Below, in pieces: positions 47,267-56,021 of a stretch of 64,000 bases of DNA. Numbering within the stretch: the stretch's first letter is position 1; every line of letters begins with the position of its first letter. The stretch covers positions 35,472 through 99,471 of the forward strand of contig JBOFBH010000012.1 of NCBI GenBank assembly GCA_051645425.1. The letters are read 5' to 3'. Made by a program: the position numbers and the translations under genes. Below the pieces are notes generated by a model. That model worked only from the letters and a program-made list of their open reading frames with translations, was not told the DNA's origin and ran no database searches. This stretch comes from Actinomycetota bacterium. GTDB taxonomy: Bacteria; Actinomycetota; Actinomycetes; Actinomycetales; Angustibacteraceae.

Positions 47267-47382
47267 ATTGAGCGCTCCAAGCTGAGCAGCTTGGTGGACG
47301 CTCAGTCTCCCCCGAGACTTACACCACTATTGATGTGGTGAAGATGCGCAAAGGTTGCATCTCCGCTCACTCTTCCTCGTCG

Positions 47383-49014
47383 CTAAGCGGCGGCAAGTAT
47401 GCGGGCTCTGGCCAAATGTGCTCGCTTGCTAGAGCCCGCCGTTTGGTGCGTGTGGTGCTTAGGAAATGTCGAGTTCCTCATGTGGGGGACTTTGATGGTG
47501 CGAGCACCGGGTTCGCCACCAAGGATCACTTTGCGACGTGACTCGTTGTTCGCAGTGTTGATTTCGATCAGGTTCTTCACTGGGTTGGCGAGCACCTGAA
47601 CGTAGTACGTGCCGTTTGGTAAATCGGTGACATCAAACGATTGACCAGGCAAATACTGGCTGTAGGTGTCACCCCAACCGGACGGCAACACTTCCCGTAG
47701 ACCCATCGAGTTGGGGCTGCCGCAGGCACTGGACAACCCAGTTGAGTCGGTTTGCCATTCGGCACCGGGGACGCTGAGGTCAACGGAGTCGGTTGGCACC
47801 AGGCAGAAGGATTCCTTCTCGCTGCGCACTACCTTTTTACCGTCCGAACCCAACAACTGGTACGTCGCGAAGTCTGTGAAATACCAGTGAGTGTGCCCTG
47901 GGCGTGGGTCATAAGCCAGTGTTCCCCGGTCTACTGAACTGACCTTCTTTCCTTGCTGATCGAAGAAGACCTGGTGGGCGGACATCTCCGAGGCACCGGG
48001 ATCACGGAAACCGTCCACGACTAACGGCCCCGGGCCGGCATTCCATACTGTGGCACCGAACGCGAGGTACTGATGGCCGTCTTCACCACCGTTTTGCTCA
48101 GAACTAGTGAGCTCAAAACCGAAGGCTGGCAACGACCGTAGATCAGGTTGCACATTCTTTGGCACGGACGGCTTCGGCGCTGGCGAAGCGGAGAGACTCT
48201 GAGTGCGTTGTTCCTGCGAGCCCTCTTCATCACGAGCGTGCTCTTCCCCTGGGCCGTGGCTGTGATTCTCCTCGGTGACAGTCGAGGCGCCACCTAAATC
48301 GGTTAAGTTAAGGCGTCCGGGGTGACGCCTGGAGCAGACCGCACACCACCAGCCGCGAATGGCCCTTCCTTAGTTGGAGCGAAACCATCAACGTGCCCAG
48401 CTTCACGAGCCCGAGCAAGTGAATCCGGCAGTTCAAGCCCCGATTTACTGGCCTTCCCTGGGGTGCTGATTCGGCTTAACGCTTCGCCTTCTGGGACTGG
48501 CGCATCTTGGTCTGTGGCTCGGATGACCTTCAGCGGAAACTTGGCGGTCACATCTTTGGTGGACAATTTCAGGGCGGATCGCCACGCTGGCGTAATTTCC
48601 ACCTGAACGTTATAGGTGCCAACCGCGAGGTTCGGCAGTTCCACGTATTCCCCGATTGGCATCGCCCATCCACGTTGAAGGCCCATCACCGTGCCAAGGG
48701 GTGACCTGCCGCCGGGAACCACTGGTGGCAACAACTTCCGCCTTAACTGGATCTTTGTAACTGGCGCGCTTCGCCCGAATTTCCAACGGGCTGGACATTC
48801 CGACGCTGAGATATGCGCCCAAGTCCCCGTAAAGCCCGTCGTTGCTGTACTTCTCGATCACCGCTGGATTGGTTGCGACTACCACCTTGAGCGAAAGCCC
48901 CGGTAGGGCACCGTCCGCCACTTGGGCGCCCGCGGTGGCACTCCCTGCCACTAGAAAAGGAGTGATTGAAGCGGCCACCCAAGGCCGTCGCGACTTCCAC
49001 TGCTGAGATTTCAC
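47383..49014 (-). pseudogene. Secreted lysyl-oxidase-like protein, reading frame broken twice
   Basis: Three consecutive same-strand ORFs in different frames. ORF 48610..49014 has the signal peptide MKSQQWKSRRPWVAASITPFLVAGSATAGA. ORF 48303..48734 is the middle piece. ORF 47383..48165 is the LOX catalytic-domain homologue (GHTHWYF.., KESFCL, GWGDTYSQYLPGQSFDVTDLPNGTYYVQVLANP...NN). Confidence 0.55.
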
Positions 49015-49104
49015 TGTCTCTCCTCTCCCGGTACAGCCACTTGAGAAACTTGCAACTCATACCCCCACTGATGCGGCGAAAACCACCAAAGGTTGCATGA
49101 GGGA

Positions 49105-49148
49105 AATCATGATGTGAGCTTCACTGTTTGTGAGCCCACATCATGATT
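49105..49148. repeat. Perfect 12-bp inverted repeat with nested imperfect hairpin
   Basis: AATCATGATGTG-20 nt-CACATCATGATT. It lies between the anti-sigma-like stop (49158) and the LOX-like start (49014). Confidence 0.8.
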
Positions 49149-49157
49149 GGTTATCGC

Positions 49158-50387
49158 TCAGGATTCGACTGTTAATCCCAGCCCTGATTTAAGAGCCGAG
49201 TCAGGCAATTCGCTGATTCCTTTCTTGATCTTTTCCTTCTGCTCTTCCGTGAGTTCCCTTCCTTCCAAAAGCATTACGAAACCAGTAGGCGTCACTGGAA
49301 GCTCCAATTCCTTAAGAAGTGCGGTCAGCGTCGGGCTCGTTTTAATCTCTTGAGTACTCGGGATCAAGTCGCTCTGCAAGGCCCCGCCCTCTGCACTCAA
49401 GGGGGCTGTGACGTCAGGCACGTTTCCAAATTTTGTCACGTCCATCACTAGCTGGATTTGACCAGCTGTAACCGCTTCACGACCCGAAAAGGACGTATCA
49501 CCTTCACGAGAGGGGGACTCTCCAGAGATTGCGTCGTTCATGATGACGACCCGACGAATCAGATTCGCGTCATCAACCCAAATTTCCGTCGTCGGTTTCA
49601 CGCCCAAATTTTCTAGCCCTACGTAGAAACCCCCGGCGTCTGTTGCGAGGTAGCCGCCCACGAGATAGAGAATTGCATCTGTCACTTCAATGTCAATGGA
49701 ATAGCGCTCAGCTGTGGAGCCGTCAGGAAGCTTGGCGGAGCTAAGAAATTGAGTTCCTACCCCTTTTAATGATTCAAAAAAATCTGCGGCGATGAGTTCA
49801 TTTTCAGGAACTTCGTCCGGTCCGTGCCATTTTTTCTCGGACGGGTCGTAGAGATAAAATTCTTTATTTCCGATGGCGATGGCTTGGACGGCTTCCGGTT
49901 TAGCTTCCGCTTCCGAGTTATTGGTGACAGCCATGTCTTTGCCGTCCCAACGCACAGTGTCTGTTGACAGAACTTTTCCCTTATTCATGACCGTGCTGGT
50001 CCAAGCAAAGCCGTCGCTGGCCGCGGCTACGGTGGTCGTGACCGCGTCTTGGAAGGCAGCCGGGCCAGTGGCTGGTGGGCCTTCGGATAGCCACATGGTC
50101 GCGCCGATCCCTACTGCGCCAACACAGGCGGCAGCGGCTAGGGGGGTCCAGAATGTGCGGCGGCGGCTCTTCGGGGCCCGAACAGGTGTCATTGACGTGA
50201 CCTCACCGAGGTCAGTGGTGGAATCGGGGGTTTGGGTAGTAACCATGGTGATCTCCTCCATTAAGACGGGCGGAAAACCGCGCGGGTGGGGCAGGGGTAA
50301 AGACTTCGGGTCAATGGGGTTCGCGGCACGGAGGATGGCGTCAACGTTGATCGCCTCATTTCGTGGCCCCTTGGCTTGATGCTTCAT
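49158..50387 (-). CDS. Single-pass membrane protein in anti-sigma position
   Basis: ATG 50387 overlaps the sigma stop (ATGA). It has about 100 cytoplasmic aa, the TM WTPLAAAACVGAVGIGATMWL, and a roughly 300-aa extracytoplasmic domain I could not assign to a family. Confidence 0.6.
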   Translation of the reverse strand: MKHQAKGPRNEAINVDAILRAANPIDPKSLPLPHPRGFPPVLMEEITMVTTQTPDSTTDLGEVTSMTPVRAPKSRRRTFWTPLAAAACVGAVGIGATMWLSEGPPATGPAAFQDAVTTTVAAASDGFAWTSTVMNKGKVLSTDTVRWDGKDMAVTNNSEAEAKPEAVQAIAIGNKEFYLYDPSEKKWHGPDEVPENELIAADFFESLKGVGTQFLSSAKLPDGSTAERYSIDIEVTDAILYLVGGYLATDAGGFYVGLENLGVKPTTEIWVDDANLIRRVVIMNDAISGESPSREGDTSFSGREAVTAGQIQLVMDVTKFGNVPDVTAPLSAEGGALQSDLIPSTQEIKTSPTLTALLKELELPVTPTGFVMLLEGRELTEEQKEKIKKGISELPDSALKSGLGLTVES

Positions 50388-51051
50388 GACGACCTCCTCA
50401 TGGACGTAGCGGATGGTGCTGTGTGGAGCGCGCGAGCAAAGCGTTGCCGGGCGCGGCTCGCCCGGATCGCGACCGCGTTCACCGAGCAGTCCAACACGAC
50501 CGCCGCTTCGGCGTGGCTGAGTTCCTCCCAGGTAAGTAACCGAAGGATTTCCTGATCGTCCGGGCGCAACGTCGCCAAAACTTGCCGCACTAGATCTGAG
50601 TCGCACTGGGCACTCTCGCTACCCAGCACGGTGTGGTCACTGACCATGCTCAACGGGACAGTGCGGTCCCAGGCGACTCGCTCGGTGACTTGCCGGCGCC
50701 GCTGCTCGCTGCGGTGTTCACAGCGGAAACCCGGTGTCGGGCCACCCCGTACAACCACGCGAGTTCGTTGACGTCGGAGGGGATCTCCGTCCGGCGGCGC
50801 CACGCGATGGTGAACACTTCACCCACGAGCTCCTCGGCGTCCTCTCGGGTGAGCCGGCGCAATGCGAACGCCAACACCTGCCGGGAATGGGCGACGAACA
50901 ACTCCTGAATCCACCGCTCATCCCGGATTGGACCGCTATGCACCACCACCCGACCCTCCGACGCAACAGAAGGTTGCGCTGGATCGGCGGTGATGTCACC
51001 AGACCTGCTGGAGAACACCCAGCCTCCTTGTTTCTGAAGTAGCACGTTCAC
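50384..51051 (-). pseudogene. ECF (sigma-70 group 4) sigma factor split by a frameshift
   Basis: Region 2 (ELFVAHSRQVLAFALRRL...AEELVGEVFTIAWRR...LYGVARHRV) is in ORF 50650..51051. Region 4 (LRPDDQEILRLLTWEELSHAEAAVVLDCSVNAVAIRASRAR) is in ORF 50384..50803, another frame. The switch is near 50700-50745. Confidence 0.65.
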
Positions 51052-51125
51052 ATCTGAAGAGTCACCGGAATAGGGCCAGACCTTTCAGTCCCGGAAGAAA
51101 AAGATCAAAAACTTCATTTTCAGAC

Positions 51126-51165
51126 AAAAAGCGGTGGGCCGGCATTGTGCCAACCCACCACTTTT
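51126..51165. terminator. Bidirectional intrinsic terminator-like hairpin
   Basis: AAAAA-GC-GGTGGGCCGGCA..TGCCAACCCACC-A-CTTTT. On the minus strand the stem is followed by TTTTT, directly after the TauE-like stop. Confidence 0.6.
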
Positions 51166-51178
51166 CCTGATCAACCCA

Positions 51179-52084
51179 TTACCTCACTGCGGGAACCGCC
51201 GCCTGCTTTTCGGCCACTGCACGTTCGGCCCGGTAAGCCCGGAATGAGTACGCCACCGCAGCAACCCAGACGGTAGCTATCGACGCATAAATGAGATACC
51301 GAACCGACGTTGCGGCATCAACAACATCACTGTTCAGTAAGGTCCGCGAATTCGTCAGAATGATCAGCCCACCGACCAGTGACCCAAGAATGCGCGGCGG
51401 GATGTGCCGCACCAGCCACGCAGCAATAGGCGCCGCCACCAAACCACCCACCAACAGCACGATCACCCACGTCGCGATCACGCCTTCACCGCTAATCCCA
51501 ATCAGAAAACCCAAACTAGCTGCGAGCGCAACCAAAAATTCACTCGTGTCAATAGACCCGATGACTCGCCGTGGTTCCATCCGGCCGCTGGCTAACAAGG
51601 CAGGTGTGCCCACTGGGCCCCACCCGCCACCGCCGGTCGCATCAACAAACCCGGCGAATAAACCCAAGGGTGCTAAGAACCTGCGTCGCAACGGTTTCCC
51701 AATATTTTTACGGTCTAATCCACGGAGCGTGAAGCGCGCCAGAAGGTACACCCCAAGACTGATCAAAATGATCGCCATCAACGGGGCTGCGGTCTCGGTG
51801 GACAAATTGGACAGCACCGTCGCACCCAGGAAAGCGCCGATCGCACCGGGGACGCCGACCCGCAACACTACTCGCCAATCCACATTGCCGAACCGCCAAT
51901 GCGCGGCGCCCGACGCGAGGGTGGTGCCAATCTCCGCCAAGTGAACGGTGGCGGACGCGGCTGCCGGGTTAACCGCGATCGCCAGCAGCAACGTAGTGGA
52001 AGTGACGCCATATGCCATGCCGAGCGCTCCGTCCACTAATTGAGCACCAAAACCAACCAGCGCGAGCAGGACGAGACGTCGCAT
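51179..52084 (-). CDS. TauE/SafE family anion exporter
   Basis: 301 aa, 8 TMs, internal duplication and Gly-rich helices (DGALGMAYG, DATGGGGWGP). Confidence 0.85.
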   Translation of the reverse strand: MRRLVLLALVGFGAQLVDGALGMAYGVTSTTLLLAIAVNPAAASATVHLAEIGTTLASGAAHWRFGNVDWRVVLRVGVPGAIGAFLGATVLSNLSTETAAPLMAIILISLGVYLLARFTLRGLDRKNIGKPLRRRFLAPLGLFAGFVDATGGGGWGPVGTPALLASGRMEPRRVIGSIDTSEFLVALAASLGFLIGISGEGVIATWVIVLLVGGLVAAPIAAWLVRHIPPRILGSLVGGLIILTNSRTLLNSDVVDAATSVRYLIYASIATVWVAAVAYSFRAYRAERAVAEKQAAVPAVR

Positions 52085-52300
52085 GGGAACTCCAGAGGTT
52101 TCCGAACAGGGCCGAAATCACTATACCTACTATTCCTACTGATGTTGAGGGTTTTATCGGGATTGACCTCTCTCTCCTAAAACCATGCTGGAAACTTCAC
52201 CCAGATCTAACGAAAATCGAACGAGAACCCTGAAATCAACCCGGGATGAGCTGCAGAGATCACACTGAAGGTGACCCGCTCGTTCTTTCAGGAGGATTCG

Positions 52301-52882
52301 ATGCTTCGCCCGTCTCGCACCGCACGTCTCATCACCGCTAGTGCTATCGCCGCTTTCACAGTCACCGGCTGCTCAGCTGACTCTGACAGCACCAGCCAGT
52401 CGTCAACGAGCGTGCCCTCAGCAACCTCATCTAGTACTGCCACACCTGACTCCTCAGCGCAAACCCCAGCCGGGACCGGACCATTGGCGTTCACCGCCAC
52501 CACCCTCACTGGGCAAACCGTTGACGTCTCGACGCTATCCGCCGGCAAACCCACTGTGCTGTGGTTCTGGGCGCCTTGGTGCACGATTTGCCGCGGTGAA
52601 GCCCCGACCGTCGCTGCCGCAGCAAAAGACCTCACTGGCAAAGTCACCTTCATTGGCGTTCCTGGTATGGGTGAAAAACCCGCAATGGAGGACTTCGTGA
52701 AAACCACCTCCACCAACGGGTTCAGTCACCTTGTTGACGAAGACGGCGCGCTCTGGCGACGGTTCGAGGTCACCTCACAACCGTCGTTCGTCTTCATCAG
52801 CGCGGACGGAAAAATCGAGAAAGTAGTCGGCGCGTTAGGCGACGACGCGCTCCGTTCCCGCGCCGCGCAACTCGTCAACTAA
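52301..52882 (+). CDS. Thioredoxin-fold lipoprotein (TlpA/ResA-like thiol-disulfide oxidoreductase)
   Basis: Lipobox FTVTGCS and the CxxC site WFWAPWCTICRGEAP. ATG 52301 follows CAGGAGGA. Confidence 0.88.
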   Translation: MLRPSRTARLITASAIAAFTVTGCSADSDSTSQSSTSVPSATSSSTATPDSSAQTPAGTGPLAFTATTLTGQTVDVSTLSAGKPTVLWFWAPWCTICRGEAPTVAAAAKDLTGKVTFIGVPGMGEKPAMEDFVKTTSTNGFSHLVDEDGALWRRFEVTSQPSFVFISADGKIEKVVGALGDDALRSRAAQLVN

Positions 52883-52894
52883 GCACCAAGAGTC

Positions 52895-53788
52895 ATGGAT
52901 ACCGCCACTTTGCTCCTGGCTGTCGCTGCAGGTGCGGGCGCCGCATTTAACCCATGCGGCTTCGCCCTGCTGCCGGCATACCTCACCATGCTCGTCGCGG
53001 GCCCTGGGACTGCTTCTCACCCATTCCCTAAGGAAGGGGTATCAGGAACGAGCCAGATCCATCGAGCCCTCCGGTTCACCTCCGGCATGACCGCCGGTTT
53101 CATACTCGTATTCGGCGGCTTTGCGATTCTGATAGCACCTGTCGCTGGTTCAGTGCAACGGTGGCTCCCTGTCGTGACCCTCATCTTGGGGGTTGGGCTC
53201 ATCGGGTTGGGAATTGCCATGCTGGCCGGGCGCAAACTCCCCGTTCCGCAGTTTCGTCGAGGCCGCGCACCAAGCACTTCGTGGACCTCGCAAGTGGGGT
53301 ACGGCGTGACATTCGCCCTGGCGTCCCTGTCCTGCACGATCGGGCCTTTCCTTGCCGTCACGGCCGGGGCGATCCGGGAACGTGACCCGTTGGGGGTGGT
53401 GTGGTCATTTTTAGCTTACGCACTCGGCATGGGCGCGGTAGTCGGCGTGCTAGCGATCGCGGTGGCCGGCGCCCGCGGCACGGTAATCCGGCATATGCGC
53501 AACGCAGTTGGGTGGCTCAACCGCGTTGGTGGCGCACTCGTTCTCGTCGCCGGCGCGTACATCACCTGGTATGGCTGGTTTGAGCTCCGCGTCTTCGCCG
53601 GCACCGCCACCTCAGACCCGATCGTGGACACTGCCCTCCGTGCCCAAACCTGGCTGAGCCGCACCGTGGACGGCTTCGGCACCACCTGGGTCTTCATCGC
53701 CATACCCGTTCTCGTGATCACCGCCATCTCAATGTGGGCCTACCGCCGTCAGGCGACACACCGCAACACGGGACCTCCACTAGCCTGA
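52895..53788 (+). CDS. ccdA: Cytochrome c biogenesis / thiol-reductant transfer protein CcdA (DsbD family)
   Basis: Six TMs with AFNPCGFALLPAYL and SLSCTIGPFL cysteines. Confidence 0.88.
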   Translation: MDTATLLLAVAAGAGAAFNPCGFALLPAYLTMLVAGPGTASHPFPKEGVSGTSQIHRALRFTSGMTAGFILVFGGFAILIAPVAGSVQRWLPVVTLILGVGLIGLGIAMLAGRKLPVPQFRRGRAPSTSWTSQVGYGVTFALASLSCTIGPFLAVTAGAIRERDPLGVVWSFLAYALGMGAVVGVLAIAVAGARGTVIRHMRNAVGWLNRVGGALVLVAGAYITWYGWFELRVFAGTATSDPIVDTALRAQTWLSRTVDGFGTTWVFIAIPVLVITAISMWAYRRQATHRNTGPPLA

Positions 53789-53820
53789 CCCTGTCTTCGC
53801 CACAGTGCGCCTGAAAAGTG

Positions 53821-53994
53821 ATGGTGACCCACGTGTTGGAACAACCCTTACCGGGAGCTCTCACTCCTGGTTTGATCGGGTTTTTGGTCTTCGGCTCGTT
53901 TATGCGCGCTTTTCCTATCGCACGACGCAAAGACGGCTCATATGGAATACTCGCGGCGGCTGGCATCGTTCTCACCGATTTTGATGACCAGTGA
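53821..53994 (+). CDS. Possible 57-aa two-TM peptide (below the track threshold)
   Basis: My translation reads MVTHVLEQPLPGALTPGLIGFLVFGSFMRAFPIARRKDGSYGILAAAGIVLTDFDDQ. It is hydrophobic, has no convincing SD, and sits just after ccdA. Confidence 0.3.
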   Translation: MVTHVLEQPLPGALTPGLIGFLVFGSFMRAFPIARRKDGSYGILAAAGIVLTDFDDQ

Positions 53995-54023
53995 CTCTGC
54001 CGCTAAACCTGTCACTGCCGTCG

Positions 54024-54290
54024 TCAGGATCCTGTGCTCAGGCGATGGCACTGTCGGGCCCGCCGTCCCCCCGCTGAGCGGAACCAAATAACCGGACATC
54101 GGTCATGTCCATATTCAGCGGCCAAAGCAACCAACTGATCTCGATGCATAACGACCAAAGTGTGAGGTAGCGGACGCGCCGCCTTCCTCAGACGCTTCAC
54201 CATAACCATGGAAGGATTATTTCGACCTGACTCATAGGCTGCGATGTTCGGCTGCGCGACACCAGATCGTGTGATGTGGATGGTTGCCTC
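54024..54290 (-). pseudogene. Remnant of an XRE-HTH / nucleotidyltransferase (MNT-like) gene
   Basis: The minus strand reads ..SGVAQPNIAAYESGRNNPSMVMVKRL.., the 3' half of an XRE HTH. A +1 frame then gives DVRLFGSAQRGDGGPDSAIA*, a GS..RG..DSD-type NTase motif that is truncated. No start codon lies upstream. Confidence 0.35.
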
Positions 54291-54349
54291 CCCCTTGGGG
54301 TGGTTGTTGTGATGAGTACGACTAGCTCGACTCGGCCAGCGCTGAGTGA

Positions 54350-55732
54350 TCAGCTTGGAGCCATATCGACGAAGCGTGAATAGTGACCTTGGAAAGCCAC
54401 CGTGATGGTGTCGGTGGGGCCGTTACGGTGCTTGGCCACGATGAAATCAGCTTCCCCGGCGCGGGGGGATTCCCGGTCATAGGCGTCTTCGCGGTGCATC
54501 AAAATGACCATGTCCGCGTCTTGTTCGATTGACCCTGATTCGCGGAGGTCAGCCAACATGGGTTTTTTGTCGGTGCGCTGCTCCGGGCCACGGTTCAATT
54601 GGCTGATCGCAATGACCGGGACTTCCAACTCTTTAGCGAGGAGTTTGAGTGCCCGCGAAAATTCGGACACTTCTTGCTGGCGAGACTCCACCCGCCGGCC
54701 GCTGGTCATTAGTTGCAAGTAATCGATGACGACTAGCTTTAAGTCGTGCCGTTGTTTTAAACGCCGGCATTTCGCTCGAATCTCCATCAACGACATGTTG
54801 GGCGAATCATCAATGAACAGCGGGGCGTCGGCTAAGTCACCCATCGTGCGGGCCATTTTGGTCCAGTCGGCGTCTTCCATCCGGCCTTGCCGTAGGCGCT
54901 GCAACGGGATTCGTGCTTCAGCAGACAACATCCGCATCGTGATCTCCGTTCGGCTCATTTCTAAGGAGAAGATCACCGACGCCAAACCGTGCTTGATGGA
55001 TGCGGAACGACAAATATCTAACCCCAGCGTAGATTTACCAATCGCTGGCCGTGCCGCGAGCACAATCATTTGCCCCGCATGTAAACCGTGAGTCAGCCGA
55101 TCCAAATCAGCGAAACCGGTAGGCACACCAATCATGCCCTCGCCACGATGCCCCGCTGCCTCAATCTCATCCACCGTAGGTTCAATGATCTGACCAATGG
55201 GCAGGTAATCCTCACTGGTCCGCCGTTCAGTAACGGCATACACCTCGGCCTGGGCCTCGTTCACCAGATCATCGACGTCACCTCCAGACGTCGCGTATCC
55301 CAGTTGGACGATCTTTGTGCCCGCCTCCACCAACCTTCGCAGGACGGCCCGTTCCCGGACGATCCGCGCGTAATACCCAGCATTCGCCGCTGTTGGCACC
55401 GATGAAATCAACGTATGCAAATACGGGGCGCCGCCGACGCGCCCTAAGTCCCCACGCTTAGTCAGCTCATCAGAAACAGTGACCGCATCAGCCGGCTCCC
55501 CCCGGCCATAAAGATCAAGGATGGCATCGAACACAATCTCATGTGCTGGACGATAAAAATCGTTACCTCGCAATACTTCTATTACGTCTGCGATGGCGTC
55601 TTTGCTGAGCATCATTCCGCCAAGCACTGACTGTTCAGCGGCGACATCCTGCGGTGGCGTCCGGTCGAAAGAATCGCCAGGACTATGAGGGGGTCTGTCG
55701 TATTGCGCGACATCAACCTCAGTGATCGACAC
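54350..55732 (-). CDS. dnaB: Replicative DNA helicase DnaB
   Basis: PPQDVAAEQSVLGGML, Walker A ARPAIGKST, VIDYLQLM and ISQLNRGPEQR. No intein insertion is apparent. Confidence 0.97.
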   Translation of the reverse strand: MSITEVDVAQYDRPPHSPGDSFDRTPPQDVAAEQSVLGGMMLSKDAIADVIEVLRGNDFYRPAHEIVFDAILDLYGRGEPADAVTVSDELTKRGDLGRVGGAPYLHTLISSVPTAANAGYYARIVRERAVLRRLVEAGTKIVQLGYATSGGDVDDLVNEAQAEVYAVTERRTSEDYLPIGQIIEPTVDEIEAAGHRGEGMIGVPTGFADLDRLTHGLHAGQMIVLAARPAIGKSTLGLDICRSASIKHGLASVIFSLEMSRTEITMRMLSAEARIPLQRLRQGRMEDADWTKMARTMGDLADAPLFIDDSPNMSLMEIRAKCRRLKQRHDLKLVVIDYLQLMTSGRRVESRQQEVSEFSRALKLLAKELEVPVIAISQLNRGPEQRTDKKPMLADLRESGSIEQDADMVILMHREDAYDRESPRAGEADFIVAKHRNGPTDTITVAFQGHYSRFVDMAPS

Positions 55733-56021
55733 GGATCACCCTCCACCCACATAGAGCCACAAATCGAGGCAGGGATACCACGATCACACTTCAGCAGAAG
55801 CCACTGACAATGAACTCTCGATCACTATGAACCGTGCCCGGCGAGTCCCGTTGGGAAGACTACGAAAGGAACAAGATCAGTTCAATTGGGCTTGTGGAGC
55901 ACCTTTGGGACAACTTGTGGGCAACGTGTGAATTCATGACTCACAGGCTGTGAATAAAGATGTGGAAAAAAGAAAAGTTTTACAAAAAACCCGCCTGTGA
56001 CCAGCGCGAACGAAACCCACA

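Noticed and set aside
46982-47341. 119-aa plus-strand ORF, and the 78-aa minus-strand ORF 46955..47191 with a Cys/His pattern
   Set aside because: Both translate through perfect palindromic hairpins and overlap each other. The Cys/His spacing did not match any zinc-finger family I could name. I treated the region as non-coding structure.
48610-48734. Programmed ribosomal frameshifting as the explanation for the overlapping LOX-like ORFs
   Set aside because: The overlap contains no slippery heptamer with a downstream structure. A second frame break follows 400 nt later, and the neighbouring sigma gene is also broken. Decay or sequencing error explains this more simply.
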